NCBI GenBank assembly: GCA_025786725.1
Contig: JAHLTZ010000002.1
Span: 682,001-746,000 of the forward strand
From: Syncephalis fuscata S228
Taxonomy: Eukaryota > Fungi > Zoopagomycota
DNA: 64,000 bases
Direction: 5' to 3'
Under the pieces are notes generated by a model. The model did not search any database. It saw only the letters and a list, made by a program, of their open reading frames with translations, and was not told the DNA's origin. Below, piece by piece: positions 12,869-25,203 of the stretch. A program made the position numbers and the translations under genes. The first letter of the stretch is position 1. The number at the start of each line of letters is the position of its first letter.

Positions 12869-14934
12869 ATGAGCCAAACTCACAGTAGCCAGAGCACTCC
12901 ATCTAGTAGTGGTAGTAGTACAAATGTAGAGGACCAGTTATCTTCGGGCTATCATAGTTGCCGGAAAGCAATAGTGTTGGAACGATAGCCAATAGTAATA
13001 GAAATACGCGACGTCGACGATGGCATAGGTACACGTGTATGAATACACCCCTAGAAAAAAGTGGACTGCTTTACTGTGCGACGACTCAGACTGATGGCTT
13101 ACTATCAGTTGTGACGAAAATGATGACGTTAACGATGTTGACAGTGAGCTCATGTCAGTGTTGAGCCAGGCACCAGGTATGTGTAGTGTAGTGTTAATTA
13201 TTTATTGATCTTTGTCTTACTGACTAATAAACTAAGTAATGGTGAATGCAATTGCGTCTTCCATCATTCTGGATCGTGCACTTCATTTTGGAGGCAAGTT
13301 AAATCAAATTGAGGAAACCGAAGAAACATTTGTGGCACAGCTAGAGTATCTGCGTGATTATTACATGCGACCACTGCTGGGCCATCAAACAACTCGTACA
13401 CCCCCTCGCAGTCGAGGACTTAGTCTGCCATTATTGTCAAATATTTTTAACCGAAAACGCTCAGGAAAAAATCTTGCCAAAGAATATCGTGATGGCGAGA
13501 CATCAAATAATACTAACGGGTCGGCAGGAAGCTATCGAAATAGAAGTGGTAGTGTTCCTAGCTTACCGCGCAATCTGCCCAGCAGTGCCGCATTGGAAAG
13601 TGAAGAAAACGATACGGGAGACTATACGCCATCTGCTGAAGCTGCGACTATACTGACGGCACCCTTTGGATCACTATTTCGTATGATTGAGCAACATACG
13701 CTTTTCCTTGTTGCACTCAAAAGAGCGTAAGCAACCAGAGTATTTTTAAGTTTTTGTATACTAAGTTATTTTTTAGACGACCATTAGATAGCCAGCCACA
13801 TCTTTTGGTGGATCTTTTCTCAGATCATGTAAGTATTGTATAGTATGATATTAAGTAAATATATCACATTAATAATGCTGGTTAGATCTCACGCCTTTCT
13901 CTTTATTATACCCATATTAAAGATCATCCAAAAGCATTAAGCGATTTTGAAACATTAGTGTTTAATGATGAAAGGCTAGCACGCGCCATTGAGGTAATTG
14001 GCAATTCCACTACAGAGTAATGACTTACATTACAATTAGGAACGTGACAAAACTGCAAAGCACGGGCCGTTAAGAGCACTGTTAGTGACTATTCCAGTGT
14101 CAAGAATCTGGTATTATGGAGCTGTGCTGCAATCCATGCGTCAGCGTTTTTCAGAATCCAGAACAGATCCTGCAGTGAGAAAGCTGCGTGTTTGTCTACA
14201 AATGCTTGAAGAACTTGTTCGTCGACTTTGGCCAATGTAAGCTGCAGTTTAGCACTGCAAATAACATAATTTATTTATATATCCCGTATGATTATAGTTT
14301 AAAGCAAATAGGCAAAATACAGCGAGTCGCAGTGCTACAGAGTAATATCAGTAATGTTAAAAAATCGATATTAACTCCCAACCAAAGAATATTTTTGATG
14401 GACATGGTACGACTTAAGCGAAACGATGTTGGCGCCACATGGAGCAAAGTCTGTGCCGTTTTATTGAGGGACAGATTACTGGTGCTTAAAGAAAAAAGCG
14501 GGCAAACCAAGCGATTTTTACTAAAGGTATTTAAGTTGTTGTTTAATATTAAATAGACAAATAGCTGACACACTTAATAGAACGTAATCTACTTGAATAA
14601 TGCATCTTTTACTGCCTTTAAGCGACTGCAGGGAGAGGATGTTGAGGGCATCTATATTCGAGAGCCACATTCTGTGGATACCAAATTAAACTTCCTTTCA
14701 TTTTCTTCTTTTAGTACATGGCAACGATATCTTAATGCTCATATAAGCCAAAACGGATTACCATATAATGGTAGCATGTCCAATTCACTAAACTACGTTG
14801 GCGAAGATGTCACATTCCAGAGACATGTGGACGACAGCATGATGTTTACACGAGCAGGAGATTTCGGTCTTATAGGCAACATATTTGGTCTGGAGACTGA
14901 AAACAGTTCATCCAGAGGAAGAAGCAATGTCTAA
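12869..14934 (+). CDS. Divergent Dbl-homology (RhoGEF)-PH domain protein, multi-exon
   Basis: IEETEETFVAQLEYLRDYYMRPL (DH CR1), LLVTIPVSRIWYY (DH CR3-like), CAVLLRDRLLVLK (PH-like). Confidence 0.7.
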
Positions 14935-16389
14935 TCAGTTCAGTTTATACCTTTAACCATATTCATTATTATTTTTTAATATCATTTATAATATCAATAC
15001 TCTTGTGTTTTAATAGCGTAACGATAATAATATATATTATACTCTATCCAATTAACTATCAGTAATAAATTAAAGTTTATTTTTTATATTTTTTGTCAAT
15101 AGCGTACGCGTTTTTAATAATAATAGTTTACAATATATAAAAATTAATAAAATCATATTGTTACAATATCAAGATTTACGATTTTGTAAGCTTGCTAAGC
15201 AACCTAAATAGGAGAGAGAGCAATAAAGGTAGCTTAGTCAGTTGTTAATTGTTTAAATCAATAAAGATTATTAATTTAATAGCTTAACAACTTTTGTTAC
15301 CAATAAATAGCTTTATTCAGTAATTGAAACAGAAGTCTCAACTGTGTAAACCTGAAAATAAGCTAAAAGTAATTGGAAGTAGAAAAAGTTGTTTATTTAA
15401 TGTTTGGCCGGCAGCATTAAGTATTTATAATACTGTTGGCAATTAAAATGGAGAGTCAGGCAAAAGACCCTGACGAGAAAAGCTTAATTTAAGTACAACA
15501 AAGCTTAAACTGAACTTTGTTGAATTATGTAATTTAAGCAACAGTAACAATATATCTCTACTGTCATAATGCAAAGCGATGTTTTATAGCAATAAATGGT
15601 ATGTTTTTGCGTTATGTAACTTGGATATTTGGTTGTGCATATATGTATTGAAAACAAAAATTAACTTTAATGTAGCACTGTGTAGTATATGACATTTGCC
15701 TAATTTTAACGCAATCTCTATTAAATTTTAGATATCAATATTATATTTTAATAGAATCATTAGTAAAGATTTAACTATGCATAAATTACGTGCTCAATTA
15801 TATATTATTTTAATGCTATTTTCTACTTGTAACCGATATGTCGTTGTAAGTTAGAACTCAACAAGCGTTTATTTCTTTCACTATGCGCCATGTCTTTGCT
15901 GGTACATTATGATATGTTCTTGCGTATACTGCAGGTTTTATAAGCAATGTGTAACATTAAGCTGTATATTTCTTTCATTTATGAGTCAGTCTACTAGTGC
16001 AATCAGTGTACTGTTCATGCAACAACAATAATGTTATAAAATAATACATCCGGTATTAAATACCGTGACTAGCATTAATCACTGTGGATCAGCAGAAACC
16101 TGTAATCTTGCTGATTAATACTTGCTTTGTAATAATGTATTTTAGTAGGAATGCTTGATTGGCATTCAACTAAACACTACTGCTTATAATTATCAAATTG
16201 TTTTTACCATGCATAACATATATAATAAATTGAACAAAACTTAAAATTATTATTTAAAATGGTCAAGGTTCATAAAACAAGCAAAAGTCAAATAAATTTG
16301 GATAGGTTAGCAAAAAGAATCCACCGTATACTAAAGGACGGATGTATTGATGACAAACAGATCATTTAAGCATAATGGCCATCTGATTC

Positions 16390-17524
16390 TGTTATAGTAC
16401 ATCATGTTGGGCGCATAGCCCACAACTATTCTTTGTTTTGGTATTTGAGGAATAGTCAAATTCACTATTTATAAATAAAGTGGTTAGCCACCTTGTGTTG
16501 AATATAGCTGGTGAATAATTACCTGCAATTAAATAGCAGCTCTCTATCTGAACGATTGTGTAATGTTATCTCAATGGTAGTGGAGTCTTGCTTTACTTTG
16601 GGTACAACAACTTGTATATGCATAAGCGCCTCGCTGAAATACATTACAGTGCATGCAATAAAATAGCTACTATTGTCCTTTCGCCACTGATCAATTCGTT
16701 CGGCGTTATATGTGAGCAAATTCTCTTCGTCCAATCGGACGTCAAACAGGTCGGGAAAAGCACGTTGCCACGGTTTAATATTACGAGCTGCCGGATTGTA
16801 GCGCAGCCTCCATCGAAGCTCAAAACTTGCCACAGTCGGGAGTGAGGATATTGGTGTGCGTAGTATTGAAGCAATGTTAACCTCGGTGACGCCATCGTCA
16901 CTATAATCGTAGTCATCGCCGTCGTTGAAGGGGTAGCTGCCTTCAGTTTCTAGATTCAGTTGTGGGGATTCTGACATCAAACTGGGACGAAAGAAATCTG
17001 AATAGTCAGCATTTTGCGAGCTGTCGTAGTAGTCGTCCTTATAATCAAGATCCAAAGGCACTTGATTAGGATGTTCTGGCCAAAATATACTCGATTGTGT
17101 ACCTTCTGCATCGTCACTATAGCTTATTGGGCTGTTGGCAATGTCGATCTTGGCGTCAGCAACTTCGGGTGTTGTTGATAAACTTAAACACATGTCTCTC
17201 GAAGTGTGTCTGGGCAACGTTGGTGACGCGATAGTGTATTTTCATAGACAATGGGGCCTGACGGAGTCTGGCGTACTATCCATAGATGCAACAGGCTAAG
17301 CATCCCCAGCCACGCTCTGTCCACAAAGCGTTTATTTTCTTGCTGGTTTGAATTTCTCGCGTCCAGCTATTAAGCTGTGCACTACTATGATTAGTTAATC
17401 CATGGCTGCACTCGGCTGGAAGAAGCTGAAGTGAGTCGTGTTTGTTTCGAATACACAATTTGACGGTTCTCTTACGATTACGATTGAAACGAGCAATGAC
17501 ACGGGAACAAATCTTTTTCTTCAT
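16390..17524 (-). CDS. Hypothetical protein (frameshift near 17250; 3' end uncertain)
   Basis: ORFs 17276-17524 and 16519-17217 are contiguous and coding-like; GT-AG intron ~16521-16466. Confidence 0.45.
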
Positions 17525-19367
17525 AACGATTGGTGGTCTTTTTAGTAATGTTTTAACAAGATAAATAAATTATTTGCACAGCATGAATAACAGCTGCAAT
17601 CCAAACAGGTTACAGTATCAAACGGCCGTCTAATCAAGTACACCGATATGTAGAAACACGTCTCAAAACTTTAGGATGGTAAAATGCAACTCGGACAAAA
17701 TGCAAAATAAAATAAAGCTATCACAAAACTAATTGCAATATACCGTCTAATTATAGGAAAAGAAAGCCCTGAATGGAACGAAACAACACAGAAGGCGTAA
17801 ACAAGCAAAAATAATAATAATGGATAGCGTTGCTTCTGCAACTACAACCTTCTTTTTATTAGCAAAGCCAGGTTCATGGACAAAGTCTGTGTTACTGGTA
17901 AAGCGGAGAGACTGGGATTACATCATGGAGCCACAGAAGTTTTGAAAACCTTTGGCCCACCACATGAACGGAAGACAGCTGGTACACATGAGTCCGGAAG
18001 TGGACCCATATTGCTAATACGTGGTCATGCTGATGTTGCTAGTGGTAGTGATGGTGTTGCTGCGCGCGCTGCGACATGCGATCGCACACACATCGACCAA
18101 AAGTAATAAACATCACGATAGTAATATTTGTAAAATTCATGTGGTGGCAAGTGGATCGATCAATATGAGAAGAGGAGCTGTGCTTATGATGGCCGCATTG
18201 TAGTTTTTTAGTCGTCAGATGCAGATTTACACAAAGTAGTTGGTCGAGCGAAAGTGCATGCGGGAATACGCAGTGGTAGCTCCACACTGAATACTTGCAG
18301 TTTGTGTCCCCATCACCTCGTCTACTTGACTGCGCACCGCGTGATCTGGCAGGACATTGACATTTGGCATCTAAAATTATACCTAGTATTATTCGTCAAA
18401 ATGCCTAGAGATCACGAATTGTTTCGGGAAACTCTGCAAATTAATTTACCGAGGAATGACTAAGACTCGGGTATCTATTGCAATGGCGGACAGAAGGGAC
18501 GCATCTTTTGTTGTTGTTGTTGTTGTTGCCGTTGCTACAGTATGATAGTTATAAAAATGTTTTGTTTAAAACATATGATTTGGAACACAGTCCAGCTGCA
18601 GCTATTTCCGCATGTGATTCAGACAAGGATACGAAGCATATGATGTCATGTTTGCTTAATAGATTGCAGCTCAGCGTGATTTTCATAATCAACTAACAGA
18701 AATTTCACATTATGCGAACAATCCTATTGATCTGAAGTGAACCAGGGTAGAGTGCCGTTTGTGCGGCATTTGCAGCTGTGACAATCGACATCGGAGTGTG
18801 GGGAACAGCATACCAAGTCAGATGATTCTCGCCGCTTCAAAGCATGACTGGACTTTAACAATAGGGTGCTTATTTTAAAATTATTTATCTAATAATAAAC
18901 TATAGTCCCTAATGTCTAGACCGACGTCGGCTAAAATAGTAGGGGTGAAGGGGGCGAAGGTACTTTTGGCCTGTCAGATATTTTACAACGGGAATGGTCG
19001 AGCGATGGACAGACCAATGCTCGTGAATACTTCTGGCTATGTTCTATCAGGCAGTGGTTGTGCCACTCAACACATGCTGTGTACATCCCCCTTGATAGTG
19101 TGTACGCGCCTAATCAAGCCTTGTATTGGGGCAGTTGTTATCCACGCGTCATCAAGACCAGTAGGTACCCACATCACCCATAGTAATGTAAGGGTTCAAA
19201 TACTTAGCGTTTTTGAATAATAAGACTAGCTTTGACAATTTTAACAATAGCTAAGCAAGCAACAATACATTTTTCACAGCCATTACGTAGATTTCTGTGC
19301 CATTACAACGTAGTGGTGTGAGGTTCACGCAGCTAGATTGCACGTGCTTGGCTTTTCTTTCGGCAGC

Positions 19368-20898
19368 CTACAATTATAGACCAATAGAGGCTAACTATCG
19401 CCTATAGACATGCGTCATATCATCGCTCTTTTTATCCAGTTGTGTTACCACTCTATCAAGTTCCCTATATGCCTAGTCAAAATCTATTTGTTTTCGCTTG
19501 GCGATACACAAGTGGTATTTGACTAAAAAGCAAGCAATCTTTTGTAGTAAATCTAAACAACCAACTTTTGCTTTTATTCATAAGCGGCTTTTCTTTGTTT
19601 GCGCCATCAATCCGTGACTGTAAATGCATCAAGTCAAACACTGTGTCGAGTTTTACTTCTTTTCTTAATCATACTTTATTTGTATAACAAAATGACGCTA
19701 TTATCAATATTCATGTATTATGAGTTATAGCTCTGTTACACTCCACCATTTTTAATATCTATAAGGTATGATTTACTGCTATAAAGTATATTATTTGTTG
19801 TTTTTTCTTCTTATTTTTCCATTTGTTTAATACAATACTCAATGTGCTAGTGTAAAACAAGCACAATAGAAAGACGGATGTACACCACAATAATAAAAGT
19901 ATTATCGAGTTTTATATTTCTACTAGAATTTTATTCATAGATTCAATTGCCAAAACTATTACAGAAGCTCACTATGCTAATTTGCCGATGGCAGCTGTTA
20001 CATTGAACAAAAAGTTATGCTCAACGCTACTTTATTGGCATAGTTTTACTATTTATCTATTCTGTTATTCTGTGTACAGCAATAGTAGAAATTTTTATAA
20101 CCAACCATTTAAACATAAAGACTAGGCATGGCGCAATAACAAGGGAATCGTCAGTAGTACAACACGTTGCTTAGTTACTTGAATGTCATTCATTTTTGTC
20201 ATTTTTATTCCATTAATATTAAACAATTGTTAACGGTCTAGTATAATATGGTGCCAACGAATTAGTATTGTTTTATCTTACTACTATTCTCATTATTTAA
20301 TAATATTACGCTTTGTAACTACATTCATCTTTTTTGCTACTATAGTAGAAATACGTAAAAAAAGTGGGAAAATCGGATGATTGGTATTCCCAAACATGGC
20401 TATAACAGCAATGTAAAGAACCAATCATTGCTTGGCGTTTTCGGAGAACAAAATTGGCTTTGGCTAATTTTGGTGATAGCTAGCAGGCAGATAGCGCATT
20501 TTGTAGCTATTACGTAGCTTTTTGCATCAATAAAACGTATTATCTGAGCTATGCAGCTAGCCTGCATGTGCATGAGTCTTTCTCAACAATAACTTACAGT
20601 TATAGGTCAATAGAAGAAACTGGTTATTACCTGTATACATGCAGCGTATCGTTGCTCTTTTTATCCAGTTGTGCCACCGCTCCATCAAGTTCTCCTTGTG
20701 CCCAGTCACGAATTATTTGTCCCGCTTGGCGATACACACGCTGAGACTTAACTAAATAGAGAACAAAAAATTCTCAATATCCTAAACAACTGACATCCCC
20801 TTTTTATTCCTAAGTTGCTTTTCCTTGGTTGAACCATCGATCTATGGTTGCAGGTGTATCTAGCCAAAAATCTTAGCCAATTTTACCTACTTCCCCTT
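19368..20898 (-). pseudogene. Two diverged ~300-bp copies of a decayed coding sequence (19368-19668 and 20594-20898)
   Basis: Shared blocks gctctttttatccagttgtg and cgcttggcgatacaca. Minus-strand translations align (VYRQA...ELD.vV.QLDKKS.D..HVYR) with stops. Confidence 0.6.
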
Positions 20899-21326
20899 CT
20901 ACTCCTTCATTGTAGCTTTCCTTTTTCCACTTTAATAGGTCCTTTTTTGTTAATTTCAAGGTAAAACACGTAAACTAGCACAGAGTTGTCATAGGCGGGA
21001 TATAGTATTTATTGGCTTGATTGTCATGTCTCAGATTGTCGTAATTTGAGACACTACCAGAGGCCCATGGGGATCTGAAGTCACCTATTAAAGATACGAC
21101 ATATTTTTCATTTTCCGTCTCTTATAGCTGATGCTGCTTTTATCGCAAATCCGCCATCATCCATTCTCTTTCCTCTGATTTAAACAATCAGTTCTTTTAG
21201 TACAAATATTAGATGTTTGGAACAGCCATCAATTAACGCTTACCAAGAACCAAACTAACCTTTCATACGATTTATTTGCAAACAGCCTGCTTGCCATAAA
21301 CAAGCCTACCTGCTTTATCCACCACC

Positions 21327-23988
21327 ATGTCGGGTGTTGACAAAAACTCGACAGACCAAGCGATCAAAGAACAGCAGGTCGACTTGTCCATTGATTCGTT
21401 TACCCATGCTCTCTACTTCAACATAGCACTCGGGGCTGCTCTTTATCTTGCCTTTTGTATCCTTCGTCCGCGTAATCGAAATGTTTACGCACCACGTACT
21501 TACTTAGTTGAGGAATCAAAACGATCGCCTGCTCTGCCGTCAGGACCATTTTCATGGATTCTACCTATTCTAAAGGCGCCGGAAGAAGAACTTCTTCATA
21601 AGATTGGTCTTGATGCTTATATGTTTCTACGTTTTTCCGTATAGCTATTCGTGTTTTTATCGTTCTTACCTTCGTTAGCATGGTAATTATTGTACCGCTA
21701 AACGCCGTTGGTATAGCCAACAATCCAGGTTTGGGCCGAGTTACCATGGGCAACATTACTGAAAACTTTGCCAATCGCCAATGGGGCCATTTAATTATAT
21801 TTATAGGCTTTATTGGTTTTATTCTCTACACACTGCTTACCGAGGTCCAATCATATACTCATTTGCGCCATCGCTACTTGACATCGCGAGAACATCGCCG
21901 TCAGCCCCGTAGTGTCACTTTATTGGTAACCGGTATTCCTGAGGCATTACAGTCCGAATCAAAGCTATACGATATATTTAACGTATTTCCCGGTGGCGTA
22001 TCCGAAGTTGTTCTTGCCCGTAATCCGGGCGGTGCTGTGGCAAAATATAATACACGTAATGGCGCTGCGCTATCACTTGAGGCGGCCGAATGTGACTACG
22101 TTCTTTCTGGCGAGCGGCCAATAACACACCACAATCCTGGATTTCCTGCACCAATTCCGAAACTTGGTGAAGCTGAAGATGCTATCAAATATTCACGTGC
22201 TCGTTTGCTTGAATGCGAAAAAGAGCTTGAAAAAGAACGCAGCAGCAAGAATACTAATTTTCAACCATCCGCCTTTGTTATATTTAACACACAACGTGGT
22301 GCCCAGCTTGCTGCACAAGCTGTCACTTCCTCGAAGCCATTACATATGTCTGAAAGATGGACCGAAGTTCATCCCGATGATGTTATTTGGTCGAATCTAA
22401 CAATTGGTGGAATTTATCGTTGGGGACGCAAGGCCATCTCTATACTAGCCTGCACTGGACTTATTCTGGCCTGGATGGTTATTACGTTTTTTGTGTCCTC
22501 TTTGGCACAGTTAAGCAATCTCTACACAATATTGCCATTCCTTAAAGGTCTCGAAAACCACCCACAGCTTGTGAGTACCATCCAAGGTATTCTACCACCG
22601 GTTGCTCTTGCAGTGGTTATGATGGTTCTGTCGTTTATTTTGCTACGTTTTTCAATTTTTGAAGGAACACCTTTGAATACCGCCGTACAAGCTTCGCTTA
22701 TTCACAAATACTTCTTCTTCCTTGTGGTCAACGTATTGCTAGTCGTCACATTCTCTAACGGTATTATAGCTTCCCTGGAGCAAATTCGAGACAATCCCAG
22801 CAGTGTTGTCTCAATTCTGGCTAACCGCATGCCTCTTGCATCCAGCTTCTTTATCAATTACCTGTTGCTTCAAGTTTGTCGGGCGCAGCCAAGGAGTTGC
22901 TTATGGTTGTCCCATTTGTCCTCAAGTGGATCAAACGGCGTGCTTTAGTTAAGACGCCTCGTCATATTTGGGAGCTGAAGGCAATGCCATCAATATCTTG
23001 GGGCCAAACAGTTCCACAGCACACGCTTGTATTTGTCATTGGTATGACTTACTCTGTTATTGCACCACTTGTGCTTCCATTCGCTCTGCTCTACTTTGTC
23101 TTTTACTATATCGTCTATCGTTACCAGTTCCTTTACATTCTTGATCAGCCATCACACGCAGAATTGGGCGGACGTGCCTTTACCATTACCGTGTCCCATA
23201 TCTTTGTCGGTCTATACATTTCTGAACTTACAATGCTGGGGATTTTCATTTTGAACAAAAATGTTGCTCAGCTTGTATTGATGTTTTTCCCGATTGTTGC
23301 TACAATCATTGTTAATCTGTATATCGAACATGCCTTCCGCGATCTTTTGACATATGTACCTGTGGAGACATTGCTTAAGGCCGACCGTGGCGGCAGTATG
23401 CCTATTGCAAAAGTTGCTACTGCTGCAACGACTCCAGTCGCTACTGAGTTCAAACACCCAGCACTCAAGTTCTCCTCGACCCATTTGAGCGATGGTACCT
23501 GTCTTGAAGAAGGTAGAGACAGCCAGAACAACGACGAGCCGACTACTGCATTGCTAGGACAGAACGATGGCTCAGGACTCGTTAAAGTTAGCCGTGAAAC
23601 TTATTTGCATCCTGCGCTTAGTCGTCCATGCCCTGTTATCTGGCTGCCCAACGACAAAAAGGGCCATGCATTGAGTGAACAAAATGAGTTATTAAATATG
23701 GGCATTATTGCCAGTGTGGACGGTGCTATTGTGCGCGATAGTGGCAAGGTCGGTCTTGTTATCGACGATGTGCCATTGGCCGATGAAGATAAAGCAATTG
23801 AGAAGTTAAAACGTCGTGTTCCATCTATGAAAAAGGATTTTGCAGATTTTGGCAACCATCCTGGACAAAGCAGCCATCAAGAATCTCATACTGAAACAAC
23901 GACAACTCGACGAACAGAGCGTGGGTCTAATGGCGAGCAGATTATTATCGAAGAAACCGTCACTACAACAACTGGCTCGAACCATTAA
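21327..23988 (+). CDS. OSCA/TMEM63/CSC1 (DUF221) mechanosensitive Ca2+-permeable channel, intronless; 1-nt frameshifts at ~21636 and ~22875
   Basis: LRPRNRNVYAPRTY, IGLDAYMFLRF, SAFVIFN, PDDVIWSNL, SSFFINYLLLQ, YSVIAPLVLPF, PVIWLP (PHM7_ext). Confidence 0.93.
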
Positions 23989-24233
23989 TTATTCAGTATT
24001 TTCTAGTTAATAAATGATAATTATTACAGCATAGTTAAACAGATTGAAATATGTTATATTCCAATTAAATACCTTAAAATTCATAATATCTAGCGAAAGT
24101 AGAGTAATATGACTACATATAATGTCCTATAATGATGCTTTATTTTTAATGATATAGCGTTTATTTTTTTATTCAATTTCATTATGTTTATTATACTGAT
24201 GAACACGTTCTATGATAATGGCTATTGGTGTTG

Positions 24234-25014
24234 AATGACTTTTATTTTTTAATGTATTCATTGCTTCACTTGTTGTTCTATGATGTACCAACATGTTGGA
24301 TAGATTAACTTTTATTATTCGCGCTTTGCTTGTTAATTTATTTAAATGCGCGTTTCATAAGTATTAGCTGACGTCCACAACTGATAATCTACGCCATTAC
24401 ACTTTTCCCTCCCTCTCTTTACACTTGATAATATTTATTTAATAATACACATTTAAACTCTATCCATTACCAAAAGTTTACTAAACGACTTGCTTGTTAT
24501 GAATCGCTATTGTTTACTGTACGCCATTACCAGTTCGCCAACTGCTTTCTTTTCGTCTTTACTCTCTTCTGTCCTTTGGACAATCTTAAGCATCAGTACT
24601 TCCTAAACACCAGTGTTTGTAGTGCAGCAATTAGCATTAGTTATAACGTACCTGGCTCTGTAGACTGTAGTCATTGGTGTCAGGGATAAGGTACGTGCTC
24701 TTTATTGCACTGCCTATTTTAAACTGATACTGTGACTAGCACTAATGTTCGTGACTAGTCTTTAACTGCACAGTCTTTGGTATGTTTATCAAGCTACATT
24801 TAAAGCATTACTACTTCTCTGAAGCTTCAAATAAATATTAATGTATTTTATTGAACAAAGTATTATTTACAAATAACGATGATACCATATAAATAGGCAT
24901 AGACGTTTTATTAATCAGTTGTTTGACAATAGTACAGACAGCTAGCAATACACCGTTAATTCGTATGTTGGTATTGCCACGTAATAAAGTTTTACTTTTC
25001 TCGGCTCAAGCTAT
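24234..25014 (+). repeat. 781-bp inverted repeat, copy A
   Basis: Reverse complement of 32374-33154; about five substitutions seen by eye. Confidence 0.95.
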
Positions 25015-25203
25015 CTGTTTAGTCAAAACTCTGAAAACTACCTTGGTGTATATATTCAAATACAAAATATTAATATTGTTGCTCATATTCATAGTATTAG
25101 AGTTTGTTTAAATAATAATAAAACATAAAGTACATCAGATACACGTACACATAGAAAGAGACAAAAACATATACATTACTACGTGACATCTAATATCAAC
25201 ATA

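Noticed and set aside
15450-15520. CTGACGA...GAAA hammerhead-like core
   Set aside because: The required flanking stems and cleavage triplet could not be assembled
17780-18850. Moderately GC-rich stretch with short ORFs on both strands
   Set aside because: No consistent reading frame or recognisable motif; possibly a decayed gene, but it cannot be supported
21027-21053. 11-bp hairpin tgtctcagatt/aatttgagaca upstream of OSCA
   Set aside because: Isolated, could be chance, no second copy seen
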